Position numbers and translations under genes: made by a program. This document shows positions 53,609 to 64,000 of a stretch of 64,000 nucleotides of DNA, one piece after another. The DNA lies in assembly GCA_963785235.1 (NCBI GenBank), contig CAWAUM010000001.1:1-64000 (forward strand), given 5' to 3'. Every line of letters begins with the position of its first letter. Position 1 is the stretch's first letter. Under the pieces are notes generated by a model. The model did no database searches. It was not told the origin of the DNA and worked only from the letters and a program-made list of their open reading frames with translations. The DNA comes from an uncultured delta proteobacterium (lineage in GTDB: Bacteria; Desulfobacterota; Desulfomonilia; UBA1062).

Positions 53609-54616
53609 CTAGTTTCTCCCGTATATGTGCGGCCTCTTGAACCGGTAGAAATCATCCTTTTCCTCGAGTTCGATGGTCTTTGCCTCATCATCGAAGTACT
53701 GCTCCCTGAGCGCCTTGAGTTTCTCTTCTTGTTCCTGACCAGTGTACTGCTGAACAACAGCCTCGCGCTCCTTCATATACTGCAGGCCGGATTCCCAGCG
53801 CTGTTCATTATCTGCATCACGTTTTGCCATCGACTCAAGTTGCTTCTCCGTGAGCCCCATTTTCTTGCGGATTCTGTTTATCTCCTGCTGGCGTTGATCA
53901 GGGCTCATCTGTTTCAGTTCATTCTGTACAGAGTCAATGCTGAAAAATACCTTTGTCAGGAGATGATCCTGATCCAGGATAAATTTTTCCGGGGTACCCT
54001 CATACGCCTCACGGAGTGTGCCCTGGTACACTTCGACCTTCTCATCCATGGTCGTATCGTCGGAATGATTCAGGTAGGCTAACGTATCCTGTACCTTTGC
54101 CTTTCTTGCTTCTGTTGCCAGTTGCTCGCCTGTCCAGATTTTCTGAGCATCCTCGCCGAAGAGTTCTCTCCTCTTTTTTTCTAAGGCGGCAAGCCTCTCA
54201 GTGGCAGTCATTTGAGAAAGCATGGTTTTATTTTCCTGAAGCCAGAGGTCATACTGGTCCAGTTTGTCCAACGTGTTCATGATTGCATCGGCTTGATCAG
54301 GAAATGCCCGCTTAAGCAAAGCATAAAACAGGGCCTTCCCCTTGTCCGGTTTGGACCGCATGATGGAGTTTCTTATATCGAGAAGGCCTGCCTGGGTGCT
54401 TTTATCCGAGATCGTTTTTCCATAGTACTTCTTGAGTTCATTGACGAACTGGTTACTTAAAGGATCCTGTGCACCAAGAGGTGTTTCCCCGATCTCTTTG
54501 GGGAATTGATTATGATCAGGCCTGGGATCTGAATCATGTATGAGAAAGAAAACGATCACCGAGACGATGGCGGCTGTGCCGAGCACTATGCCAGATATTT
54601 TCAATTTTCTATTCAT
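53609..54616 (-). CDS. Lipase chaperone (Lif/foldase)-like membrane-anchored helical protein
   Basis: N-terminal TM; RRELFGEDAQKIW; RDADNEQRW...YMKERE...LKALREQYF. Confidence 0.6.
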   Translation of the reverse strand: MNRKLKISGIVLGTAAIVSVIVFFLIHDSDPRPDHNQFPKEIGETPLGAQDPLSNQFVNELKKYYGKTISDKSTQAGLLDIRNSIMRSKPDKGKALFYALLKRAFPDQADAIMNTLDKLDQYDLWLQENKTMLSQMTATERLAALEKKRRELFGEDAQKIWTGEQLATEARKAKVQDTLAYLNHSDDTTMDEKVEVYQGTLREAYEGTPEKFILDQDHLLTKVFFSIDSVQNELKQMSPDQRQQEINRIRKKMGLTEKQLESMAKRDADNEQRWESGLQYMKEREAVVQQYTGQEQEEKLKALREQYFDDEAKTIELEEKDDFYRFKRPHIYGRN

Positions 54617-54796
54617 GTTTACGGGTATCTCCGACACTTTGTTATATATCAACCCAGGCTTGTATCAAAGTGAAAGTTCATGAACTCTATGCTGGAATGA
54701 GCAGGGAACGTAAACCATTGTTTGCATCCAGGCAGATGAATGCAATATGGGAGCGGCCACGGAGGCTTTTCAAAGGCCACCGTGACCGCTGGTTCT

Positions 54797-55522
54797 TTAA
54801 AGAAGAGGCTGGAGTATGGCCCAGATCCTGGTGGCAAGTTTCTGCGAACCCGAATCATTGGGGTGGACACCGTCTATGACGATGTCGGAATTGACGATGA
54901 ACGGCCGCGGGTCGATGAATACGCGGTAATTCGGTGCAGCAGTTGCGTTCTGGACTGCCAGGGCAAGCTTTCCATCCCCGTAAGCTACTGCCTGATTTAA
55001 TTTCGTGCTTCCGATGAGGCCATTCTTCACGTTGTAATACCCCTGGAAAATGATATTGTCCACGCCGTCTCTGCCCATCTGATTCAGGAGATTCACCACG
55101 TCTACGTACACATCATTGATGTAGTTCTTACATGTTGATGAAAGCCCTGATTCCCACCAGTCAACCTTGCAGTTGTAGGGATCAAAAAGGGTTGCAGGGA
55201 TCAGGATGTCATTGCCGGCTGCGTCCATGAAGATGGTCTGGATATTTGAATTATCAGCCTTTGCGTCGTCATACTGGTCGGCTATATGACTTACCATGGA
55301 GCCCGACAGGGCATACCGGCGGAAGGTCTGTCCGGACCAGCTGTGAAGATTATCCTGAATCTTGCCGGACAGGGCGAATATGGAATCCCCCAGATTCACG
55401 ACATCGTTGCGTGTGGCATTCCTTATCACTGGAACGCTGATAAGACTACACCCGGTCACCACTACAAATAATACGAAAATGGCACTACCACGAGTAAACA
55501 TCCCTGATTTAAAACACTTCAT
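54797..55522 (-). CDS. SGNH/GDSL hydrolase lipoprotein
   Basis: Lipobox VTGC; LGDS; ALSGS; AAGND; DGVHP. Confidence 0.85.
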   Translation of the reverse strand: MKCFKSGMFTRGSAIFVLFVVVTGCSLISVPVIRNATRNDVVNLGDSIFALSGKIQDNLHSWSGQTFRRYALSGSMVSHIADQYDDAKADNSNIQTIFMDAAGNDILIPATLFDPYNCKVDWWESGLSSTCKNYINDVYVDVVNLLNQMGRDGVDNIIFQGYYNVKNGLIGSTKLNQAVAYGDGKLALAVQNATAAPNYRVFIDPRPFIVNSDIVIDGVHPNDSGSQKLATRIWAILQPLL

Positions 55523-55805
55523 GCATTTCCTCCCTGTTTAGTCAATTTATTGTTGAAAAAAATCAATTCCGCTCTTGGGGCAAAGTGCCACATACGTTAA
55601 TTTTCTGACCTTGAATGAAAAGAAATACCATAACAAATAGGTATAAATCTGGATATATTTACTTTAAGCTAACATAAACATAGCAAATAGCCTATTGTCA
55701 ATGGTTTTGCTCAAAACTGACTTACATTGTTAGTTTTAACGTACAACATTCATCAATATTCCGTACGATTCAATCAAAAAGGAGCTTAATCTCAATGTGT
55801 ACAGA

Positions 55806-56114
55806 TTAATAGCTCAAAAGTGTGGTGATATCGTCATCGTTGGCATGGGTAAACCTGATGGCCATTCCGCGGTCATCGGTGCGTACAACGAGCCCTTGTA
55901 TATAGACTGACTTTCCAATATAGTTTTCACTGTTAAGGCGCATGGTTACATAGGCATCCTTGTCAAGGACCGATTCTGTCAACATGAACATGCCGTTCGT
56001 ACTTATGTCTCCGATGAGGCCACCTGCTACCTTCTTCAATGCATCGCTGTAGGTTATGGTTGCATCTATTTTGGATGGGAAATGTACACGCCTGTCATTT
56101 CTGCGGTTTTTCAT
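55806..56114 (-). CDS. Stand-alone PilZ domain protein
   Basis: RRNDRR (RxxxR), DISTNG (DxSxxG), GLVVR, MAIRF. Confidence 0.85.
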   Translation of the reverse strand: MKNRRNDRRVHFPSKIDATITYSDALKKVAGGLIGDISTNGMFMLTESVLDKDAYVTMRLNSENYIGKSVYIQGLVVRTDDRGMAIRFTHANDDDITTLLSY

Positions 56115-56306
56115 CGTCTGTCCTCCCTCTTATGTGGTGTCCTCATAGAAACCATGGGATGGAGGTGAGCCTCTCATGGTTAACCTTCGAATACATGATA
56201 ATGCACAATTCAGGTAAAGAATCACGACAGAGAGAAACGCAAAAGTAATGCAATAGATAATGATAGTCCGTATTGAAGGAATGTCAATATGTAATAGAAG
56301 TTGATG

Positions 56307-58310
56307 TTACCCGGTTTGGTTTTTTTGGGCAGGATCGATCTTCGGACCATGCATAACCCTCCACCATGCAATTCCATGGAGTGAATCATGGAGCCTTTTC
56401 AGTTGTGTGATATCTATTTGCGTGACCGGGGGAATAGTGCCTGGAACTAAATGAATTCGAGGGTTTGCATTGATATCGAGGAAGAAGGATGATCCTATTA
56501 CAAGGCCTTTGCCGACACCGACTGGGCAGGAACGCGGTTCCAGCAGATCCTTACCGAGGGTATGATAGGTAAACCCCACAGGGGCAGCGAGTTCAACGAG
56601 GGTTGGGGTGAGATCAAGGTGACTGCCCACCATCTTTGATGGAGGATGAATGCCTTTAAGGACATCAGGACCGTAGAAGACGCACGGTATGGAAGTTTTC
56701 TCAAAGATATCCGGTTTCTTGCTTATTGTTCTCCTTGCTTCATGATCTGCAGTGATCACAACCAAGGCATCCGGAAGCCTTGCAGTGATCTGCCGGGCGA
56801 AGTCGGCAATACACTTGTCTGCGTACCAGAGGTGACCCCATATGGCGAAGTCGATATCATCAAGGCAAAACTCCCTGAGCTCGGGAGGGATCGCATTCAG
56901 GGTGAACCCCTTGGCCCTTACACCAACCGTAAACGGGGGGTGAAAGCTCGTGGTAAGGATGAGATTGAAGCTGGGCTGGTCATCATTGATGGTTTTTTTG
57001 ACGAAATCGAAGAGGTGCTCATCGTCAACACCCCATTCATTCGATGATGCCCAGTCCCCCATATGACCACCGCCATAGATTTCTTGGAAACCCTGGTCTT
57101 TACAGAAGTCACCCACCCGCTGCCAACTTAAAAATCCGCCATAGAAGAACCTGGTGCGGTAGTCCATGTCTTTAAATATCCGGGCGATGCTTGTGGGATA
57201 GGGAGATCGCGCAGTGGGCCGGTAGTTTGTAGTGATGCCGGCATCAGGGAGGTTTGTGACAATGGTGTTCAAGGTGCCCATGGTTCCCTGAGAACCCGAG
57301 ATGAAGGGGTCTATCATGAAGCCTTCTCGGGCAAGCCCTTTCAATCCATCCGTCAAATGGAGCGATGAATACTTATCCCACAGAGGCCATGCGCTGTAAC
57401 TTTCCGCCACGATGTAAAAGATGTGGCGGGGCGGTGTGCCCTTTGGTCCTTTGGCCTGCGTGCGCATGTACCTGTCGAGGTCGTCATGGAGCTCTTTATT
57501 TGAGAATACAAACTGTGCAGCCCTTGCTATCCCCTTGTCAGGCAGAAATATTTTGATGCCGTCTGTGCCGGAAAGCTTTAATTGATGGGCGATGGCATAG
57601 GCCAGGGCCTTATACGGATTCATTGCGGTCTTATTCAGAAACTTGTCTTTTGTGATGGCTGCGTGCCTCTCGCGCAAGGGCGGGCCGAGGCCCAGTGTAC
57701 CTCGGGCGCCAATGATGAGCAAGTAGATGATTACAAAAGTTGCACCAATTTGTGAAGGCAGGGAAGAGAATAACTGTTCTGTTAGAGCCTGCGAGAGTAT
57801 AGGGCTGCTGATAAACACCTTTGTCAGGTACCAGCCGAGGATCGCAATTACTGTTATGCCTATGGCATGCTCTATGACATGGTATGCCTTGATGATGGTA
57901 AGGATTGAGGCCTTGAGATCGTCATAGATGAGATTAAAGATGAAGTGATTGAACTGATCATCAAATTCCCTGAAATATGAGATGGTAATGACACAGATAA
58001 TAGAGGAGATGACCATGAACACAATGCCCGTAATCATCCTCGCCTCTGTTGCCCAGGCAGCACTGTTGATAAAGCCGCTTAATATGCTGAAGCCAAAAGG
58101 GATCAGTATCCACAAGGTAGCGACTACGCCGTCATAACGTGCGCCATTAACCAGGGTTGCCAGCAGGGTGGAAACGGAGCTCGTTTTTTCCATATGGCTT
58201 CTGAATGTCAGGATAAACGCAATCCGAAAGACAAGGAAGAACGCCATGAAGCAGAGCCACAGCTTGAAATCCAGCTGAAACTGCATGAAAAACTGGTGCC
58301 AGTTTTTCAT
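56307..58310 (-). CDS. LTA synthase-family (membrane sulfatase-like) protein
   Basis: About 5 TM helices; YIVAES; GT nucleophile region; WGVDD; TTSFHPPF; TADH; SHLDLTPT. Confidence 0.85.
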   Translation of the reverse strand: MKNWHQFFMQFQLDFKLWLCFMAFFLVFRIAFILTFRSHMEKTSSVSTLLATLVNGARYDGVVATLWILIPFGFSILSGFINSAAWATEARMITGIVFMVISSIICVITISYFREFDDQFNHFIFNLIYDDLKASILTIIKAYHVIEHAIGITVIAILGWYLTKVFISSPILSQALTEQLFSSLPSQIGATFVIIYLLIIGARGTLGLGPPLRERHAAITKDKFLNKTAMNPYKALAYAIAHQLKLSGTDGIKIFLPDKGIARAAQFVFSNKELHDDLDRYMRTQAKGPKGTPPRHIFYIVAESYSAWPLWDKYSSLHLTDGLKGLAREGFMIDPFISGSQGTMGTLNTIVTNLPDAGITTNYRPTARSPYPTSIARIFKDMDYRTRFFYGGFLSWQRVGDFCKDQGFQEIYGGGHMGDWASSNEWGVDDEHLFDFVKKTINDDQPSFNLILTTSFHPPFTVGVRAKGFTLNAIPPELREFCLDDIDFAIWGHLWYADKCIADFARQITARLPDALVVITADHEARRTISKKPDIFEKTSIPCVFYGPDVLKGIHPPSKMVGSHLDLTPTLVELAAPVGFTYHTLGKDLLEPRSCPVGVGKGLVIGSSFFLDINANPRIHLVPGTIPPVTQIDITQLKRLHDSLHGIAWWRVMHGPKIDPAQKNQTG

Positions 58311-58312
58311 GC
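58283..58312. repeat. Perfect 14-bp inverted repeat covering the start codon of the LTA synthase-family gene
   Basis: GCATGAAAAACTGG-tg-CCAGTTTTTCATGC. Confidence 0.85.
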
Positions 58313-58313
58313 C

Positions 58314-58631
58314 CTATTTACATATGGGTTGTGATCCGGCTTTCAGGCCTGCGAGAAAGTCGACGACCTGGGGGATGCTGTCCTTTTCGAGCGCCGCACC
58401 CTTTCCCGCCATCCTGTTCACGGTCTGGGTCCAGGCATCCTTGTCCTTTTTGCCCAGGGCATCGCATATCTTCTGTGAGCCATGGCAGGCAGTGCAAGCC
58501 GTCATGACCATACTACCGGGCTCGCCTTTTGGTTGTGACGAAGCGTTTGTGCATGAGGAAAATCCACACAGTGAAATATAAATAAAGAACACAAACACCG
58601 CTACAAAGGCCACTCCAAGTCCTTTTTTCAT
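58314..58631 (-). CDS. Small monoheme cytochrome c (exported, possibly a lipoprotein)
   Basis: Signal sequence; CTACH; WTQTVNRM distal Met. Confidence 0.8.
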   Translation of the reverse strand: MKKGLGVAFVAVFVFFIYISLCGFSSCTNASSQPKGEPGSMVMTACTACHGSQKICDALGKKDKDAWTQTVNRMAGKGAALEKDSIPQVVDFLAGLKAGSQPICK

Positions 58632-58743
58632 AAGAAGCTCCTCCCAATCTGCAGATAATTATTTTAATGTGTCCGATATTCGAAATGTAATCCCTTCAAA
58701 AGTATTTACTAACATCGTGCCTGTAGATGTCAATGCTTTGGGG

Positions 58744-60376
58744 CTAAGGCTTAAGCTTTACGGTAAAGCAGGTGATAAACCGCGGATCGAGCTGGTCTAA
58801 ATCTTTCAGGCCGCCGATCTCCTCTTCCAGCCTTATGGCAAGTGAGGATGCAAGATCTGCAACAACAGCCTGATCCAAGGTGTCCATTGAGGCCCAGGAG
58901 GTATGTCTCCATGTCTTTGGTGAAGGATGGCACCAGGGTATGGATGGAGCCCTTGTGACGGGTCGTAAGGGTGAGGAAGCTCAGAAGCTCTGAAATGATC
59001 AGAGGGCGGAATCGGGGGTGCTTCGTGGTGGCATTGACTGCCAGAGAGGTAAGGATGATGGTTTCCATGTCGAGGTTTGCCCCGGTATTGGTCCCGGCCA
59101 GGTTCGGGATCTGGTCTTCCCATTCCAAGGCAGGCATGATACGGGCCATGGTTTCGATCTTATCAACGAAGCGTGTTATCTCTTCCAGGTCCTCCATGCA
59201 AGAATACTCCTTGTTCTTAAACAGAGGTCTTTTTTTCAGGAGTCCTTCGGCATATTCCCTGAGCCTTTCCGGGATCATGGACACTTCGATATCATTGAGG
59301 AGGAGCCTGAGCCTGTGCTGTTGCTCATAGATCATGTTATACCCGAGTGAGAACAGGGTCTCGGCATTGATATCACGTAAGACGTTCTCCGCACTGACGC
59401 CTTTTTCTTTCATGGCAATGCTTAACCCTAAAGAGGCAAGAGAACTTGCCTTCTCCATGCTGTGCTTGATCTCTTCACTGCTATTGAGCGGCCTGAAATC
59501 AGCCATAATGATCTTATTGGCCAGATAGATCATCTCATAGAGAAACCGCTGCCTTGTCTCGGAAGAGGTCTTTTCAAGTTCTGTTACGAGCAGGCCCCTT
59601 TCCCGGGAGAACTGTTCCAGGTATACAGTGGGGAGCATGTTCAGATTCTTGTTAATAATCGGAGTCTTTTCCTTTATGATGCCTTGGTTAAGGAGCCTTT
59701 GCGGCCTTATGCGCTGATAAATACTGATGGCCTCGTCCGGCTGGGGGAAGCCCATCTCCATAAGGCGCAAAGACCTGCGCTCAAAGGTAGTCTCTTCCAT
59801 CCCTGTCTTCAGTTCGTTCATGACGCCTTCAAGGATTATGTAATAGAGCTCCCGGTAACTGGTAAAGAGGATGCTCAGCATTTCCTTGATGAAGTGGGTG
59901 TGGTCATCATCCAAGATGATACGGTAATAGTACATATTATCGATGCTCTCGAAGCCTTCATCGATAAGATCAGGGATCTGTTCGTCAGCAGGCCTTACGT
60001 GCACCACCTCGATATACGTCTGAAACAGGAGCACAAGTATCTCCAGGTCCATGGTTTCCAGCGCCTGCATAAAAGACTCGAAAGAGGCATTATGGATCTC
60101 AACAAGCCATTCCATGCCTGCTTCCACGGAGAAATTCTCCCCATCCCAACAGTCAAGGTCTATGAAGTGGCACACCGCCTCGGGAGGCACATACTGGAGC
60201 AGGATCTGGCTATCCGAGCCCCAGGCTTCCTTGATGATGAGATAGGTCTCCTGAGGAGGCAGTTGTTCGAGGATCTCTTTGGTATACGGCGAGTCTATTA
60301 TTCCCCGGCCGCGCTCCGAAGGCGGGCATGCAAGCACCTTTGATATCTCGGCTGTCAGGGAGAGCTGTTTTGTCAT
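58744..60376 (-). CDS. DUF6178-like conserved protein (C-terminal frameshift)
   Basis: LPPQETYL, FIDLDCW, EETTFERRSLRLMEMGFP, LANKIIMAD, TLFSLGY. Confidence 0.65.
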
Positions 60377-60431
60377 GGGGGAGTGGTTAGCACACTTGAA
60401 TGATCACTATCAAGGCCGGGCTCTGTATAGC

Positions 60432-60468
60432 AAAGAAAAAGAAAACCCCCGGCATATCCCGGGGGTTT
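60432..60468 (-). terminator. Intrinsic terminator after the TolC-family gene
   Basis: AAACCCCCGG/CCGGGGGTTT stem followed by a U-rich tail on the minus strand. Confidence 0.8.
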
Positions 60469-60497
60469 ATGAGCATAGTATTTGGAGGAGAATTTGC

Positions 60498-61799
60498 CTA
60501 CAAGGTGCCCATGGATGCCTTTAATGCTGCTATGGCCCGTGCATGATCGGCTCGGGCAGTCAGATAGGTGTTCTTCGCCTGCACGAGCATGGTCTGGGCG
60601 TCCAGCACGTCGGTGGTGGTCGCTACCTGGAGGTTGTACCGGTCTTTCTGTATCCTGGCTAATTCTTCAGCCTGGGCTATGGCCTTCTCCGCCACCTGCA
60701 AGCGGGCCGCTGCCTCCTGGATATTGAGGTATGAATTCTTTACCTCCAAGGTTACCAGGTTTTTCTGGCTTTCCAGCAGATACCCTGCCTTGGAGTTCAT
60801 GTATTGTGCCTTGTTGTAGTTCCAGTAGCTTGCACCCCCTGAAAAGAGATTCCAGGTAAGGCCTATGCCTGCCCTCCATGAGTTATAATCGTCTGTATCC
60901 GGATTCTCGCCGGTCCTTTCGTAGCCATAGGTGGCGGCCACACTCGGCATGAAGGCTGACCTTGCCAGGTTTATCCCTTTGGAGGAATTTTCCACCTGGA
61001 GCTTTGCAGTCTTGATTTCCTGCCTGTCTTCCATGGCAGAGGCAAGGGATTGGTCAAAGGTCAGGTCAATGGTTGTGATGGGTATTTCAGAGTCAATGTT
61101 TACCTCCTCCATAAGGTCTCTCTGTAAGAGGATGTTCAGGTTTGCCTCGGCAATCTTGACCGCATTCTCAGTGGTAATAAGAAGCTCCTCGCTTCGTGCA
61201 AATGTCACCTGGGCTTCCAGCAGATCGTTTTTCGGGATCATTCCCTGATTGAAAAAGGCATTGGCCACATCAAGGTGGCTCTTGACAGAAACCAAGTTGC
61301 TCTTGGCCAACTCCCGTTGCTGCCTGGCCTTGATCACGCCGTAGTAGGTATCAATGACCGTGAGCTTGAGGTTGCGGATGAATTTCTGCCTGTCCTGCTC
61401 GGATGCAAGGTAATCGTTCTTGGCGATGAGGTAGTTGTTGTAAAGGGCCCCGCCGGCAAAGAGGACCTGTTTCGCTTCAATGTCGAATTTATAGTTATCT
61501 TTATTACTTAAGGGAACGGTTATGGGCTGCATGGGCAGTGGCAACGGCAAGGTCATGGACTGAGCCTTGTCTATCCGCTGGTACCCATATGACATGTCAG
61601 CCGTAGGGAGCATCTGGGCAAACTGGGACCTCTTGTCCATATCCTTCCCGAGTACGTCCTGATCCTGGGCCTTAACGCCGGGGTTACGCTCGATGGCCAT
61701 GTTGATTGAGTTTTCGAGCGTCATGTAATCGGATGCATGTGCGCTGAATACCCCCAAGAAGAAAAAGCCGATCATGATTATAAAAATAATTTTCCTCAC
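60498..61799 (-). CDS. TolC-family outer membrane efflux protein
   Basis: Signal peptide; AIERNP; two OEP repeats (QVLFAGG, WNLFSGG); DVLDAQ. Confidence 0.9.
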   Translation of the reverse strand: MRKIIFIIMIGFFFLGVFSAHASDYMTLENSINMAIERNPGVKAQDQDVLGKDMDKRSQFAQMLPTADMSYGYQRIDKAQSMTLPLPLPMQPITVPLSNKDNYKFDIEAKQVLFAGGALYNNYLIAKNDYLASEQDRQKFIRNLKLTVIDTYYGVIKARQQRELAKSNLVSVKSHLDVANAFFNQGMIPKNDLLEAQVTFARSEELLITTENAVKIAEANLNILLQRDLMEEVNIDSEIPITTIDLTFDQSLASAMEDRQEIKTAKLQVENSSKGINLARSAFMPSVAATYGYERTGENPDTDDYNSWRAGIGLTWNLFSGGASYWNYNKAQYMNSKAGYLLESQKNLVTLEVKNSYLNIQEAAARLQVAEKAIAQAEELARIQKDRYNLQVATTTDVLDAQTMLVQAKNTYLTARADHARAIAALKASMGTL

Positions 61800-62392
61800 T
61801 GTGGTAACCTCCGTAGGAATTCCTCCATAATTCCGGCCGTGAACTCTGCCGGTGCCTTTTCCAGAATACCAAGAAAATAGGTTTGAGCAATGGTGTGGAT
61901 GATGCCGAGGAGCATGATGGATTTCAGCTCCGGGTCACAACGTTCACCCTCGCTGTTTGCCTCCATGAAGATCTCTCGGGTAAGGCGAACGTTTTCCTTG
62001 TGTACATCCCTGATGTGCTCGAAGATATGCGGTGTGATCTCAGGGATGGGCGTAAAGTATATCTCATAGATCAGTCGGTGGAAGCCGGGATTATTCTCGA
62101 TCCAGCCGATGTTGAAGTCGACATAGATCCGAAGCTTCTCCTGCCACGACGTTTTCTTTGCCAGGAGATTCTTGAGCGAGCTCATGACGTCATCCAGGCC
62201 CTGCCTGATCACCTCGGCAAAGAGGAGCTGTTTGCTGGGGAAGAACTGGTAGAGTGTCCCGACTCCGAATTCGGCCTTTGCAGCAATCTGGGCCATGGTA
62301 GTATTGAAGAAGCCTTCCTTTTCAAAGACCTCGCGTGCTGAATCGAGGATGGCGTCTTTTCTTAATGCCATCTCCCGTTCTTTTCTTGTCAT
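61796..62392 (-). CDS. TetR/AcrR-family regulator
   Basis: ILDSAREVFEKEGFFNTTMAQIAAKAEFGVGTLYQFFPSK. Confidence 0.93.
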   Translation of the reverse strand: MTRKEREMALRKDAILDSAREVFEKEGFFNTTMAQIAAKAEFGVGTLYQFFPSKQLLFAEVIRQGLDDVMSSLKNLLAKKTSWQEKLRIYVDFNIGWIENNPGFHRLIYEIYFTPIPEITPHIFEHIRDVHKENVRLTREIFMEANSEGERCDPELKSIMLLGIIHTIAQTYFLGILEKAPAEFTAGIMEEFLRRLPQ

Positions 62393-62408
62393 GGACCGGG
62401 AATCGCCG

Positions 62409-62460
62409 TTCAGATTCTGAATCACTATTCGAAAATAGAAGAATCATTGAATCTAGTCAA
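62409..62460 (-). promoter_or_regulatory. Sigma70 promoter and candidate TetR operator
   Basis: TTGACT-N17-TATTTT; downstream palindromes GATTC-A-GAATC and TTCAGA-A-TCTGAA. Confidence 0.55.
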
Positions 62461-62476
62461 GCTTCTTTCTTTTATT

Positions 62477-63761
62477 CTATTCCAGGGAATGGAAGACCAG
62501 TCCTGCCGGGGCCTTGGGATAAAAATAGGTTGAATTGTGCGGCATCCTCAGGCCTGCCTCTGCGACCTCCAAAACATCTTCCATGGTGGGTGGGTTGAGG
62601 AGAAAGGCAATATCGGCCTATTCCTTGGTCACCATGTCAATAGCCTCATCGGCCTTGTTCGTGAACATGATGCGCTTGTTCTCCAGGTTTGTGCCGATGC
62701 CTAAAATGGGGTCGATTATGCACTCATGGAGGATGGTCACATCATGATTCTTCAGAAGCGGATGGGTGCCTGCCGGCAGATATTTTTCCAACTCGGTATC
62801 ACGGGCAAGCTGCAGAAGGTAAAATCTGGGTATGCCTTTTACATACAGGCCGATGCTCCCTTTTCCGCTCTTATTCAAGGCCGTGATAAACGCCTTGCGG
62901 TTGTCAAAGGGCACCATGTTGAAGATATCCTTGATCCGGTATTCCAGGTCCACGAGACCGACACCCATACTGTCCATGATGATGCGGTGAACAGGCAGTA
63001 TCCTGATGCCGTCATCCATATTGGTGAGATACATCTGGATATAGTCGTAATTTTGATTTCCGTCATGCTTGCCGGATGCAGCCCTCATACGGTCGCGATA
63101 GATCTTGGCGGTCTCGTAGCGGTGCTGGCCGTCTGCGATAAGGACCTTTTTGCTCTGCATCATTTTTACGATTTTCTCTATTAGTGCTGCATCATCAACA
63201 ATCCAGAGCCTGTTGGTCTCTTCTTTGGTGGAGAAATCGATGTCAGGAGATCCGAGTTTGGCCTTGATCTGAGTTTCAACGGTCTTCTTGGAGTCGGAAT
63301 AGACGCCGAGGATTGAACTGAAATTCGTTCTCACCTCACTCATCAGGCGAAGCCGGTCGAGCTTGGGGCTTTTTATGGTATGCTCGTGAGGCCGGATATT
63401 CTTCTTGTCGTCATCGTCAAGGCGTACCGATGCAATAAAGCCCTTTCTCGTAGAGGTCTTGTCCCCGATAGGTGTAGGTCTGCTCGTGGTAGTACAGTGC
63501 AGGTTTGCTATCCTGGATGAGGACACCGCCCTTTAGCCACTGCTTGAACAAATCCCGTGCCCTGGTATAGCGGTTGTTGTCCTTGTTGTCCTTGGGGAAC
63601 TGCTTGCCGAGTACGAGCCTTATGGCGTTATAAGGGCTCTTGTTATAAAGATCATCTACTTGCGGGGGCGCTATGATGTCATAGGGGGGGCATACCGCAC
63701 TTGCCAGATCAACCTGATCAGCGTTGTATCTGATTCCCCGAAAGGAACGTATCTTTGGCAT
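62477..63761 (-). CDS. DUF1015 family protein (frameshifts near 63450 and 62620)
   Basis: CPPYDII, PHEHT, IADGQHRYETA, LPVHR, STYFYPK..GLVF. Confidence 0.88.
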
Positions 63762-64000
63762 TCACGGCTCCTCTATTGTCCTGGAAGTGAATAAGAGACA
63801 CAAACAGGGGTATATATATGGGGCCGGTAAAAATATCAATACCCTTTTCATTAAACCCGGAGTTTGCATTGAATGTGCCCGTTAATACTCTATGCGCTTC
63901 AGGATAGCCGTAAGTATGAACTCATAAGGACCATGCTGTTGCTTTTAAAATAGGTCTGTTAAAAACTTAATCTCGCAGCCATAGGTCCGAGATAATCAGC

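Noticed and set aside
56115-56306. c-di-GMP riboswitch upstream of the PilZ gene
   Set aside because: Only one imperfect hairpin (AACCATG...CATGGTT) is present, with no GEMM consensus motifs.
59462-60343. Long antisense ORF (293 aa) and similar shadow ORFs such as 32303-33271 and 35485-36573
   Set aside because: They lie opposite well-supported genes, have no motifs, and are expected from GC-rich codon bias.
1-64000. Widespread pseudogenisation or programmed frameshifting
   Set aside because: Indels hit essential genes (glyS, aspS, dapA, dapB, lysA), often at homopolymer runs, and the pieces keep intact motifs. This is typical of long-read consensus error.

Overview
Chromosomal window from a moderately GC-rich bacterium. 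Gene content (Re-citrate-synthase-like enzyme, DUF6178, ferredoxin:thioredoxin reductase catalytic subunit, arg-lys operon order) suggests an anaerobic Desulfobacterota/'Deltaproteobacteria' lineage; this is inference. Many genes, including essential ones (glyS, aspS, argG, argH, lysA, dapA, dapB), are broken by short indels. This most likely reflects uncorrected long-read assembly error, so split ORFs are merged here. In order, the window holds: the glyS end and a dGTPase; an AT-richer block with an RHH protein and an 8-PAS/LuxR one-component regulator; a Liv-type ABC transporter operon with two CoA ligases; two paralogous radical SAM genes around trmO; hisS-aspS-LysM-rcs-icd; a two-component system followed by a sigma54 acyl-CoA catabolic operon; argBDFGH-lysA-dapAB-folK; and envelope, redox and lipase genes. 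The best finding is an unannotated 17-codon Phe-rich leader peptide (MATRILTNNSFGFFFFD, 15325-15272, minus strand) followed by mutually exclusive antiterminator and terminator hairpins. It looks like a phenylalanine-sensing ribosome attenuator controlling the ABC transporter/phenylacetate-CoA-ligase-like operon, which points to a Phe or aryl-acid salvage system. No rRNA, tRNA, CRISPR array or transposase was seen.
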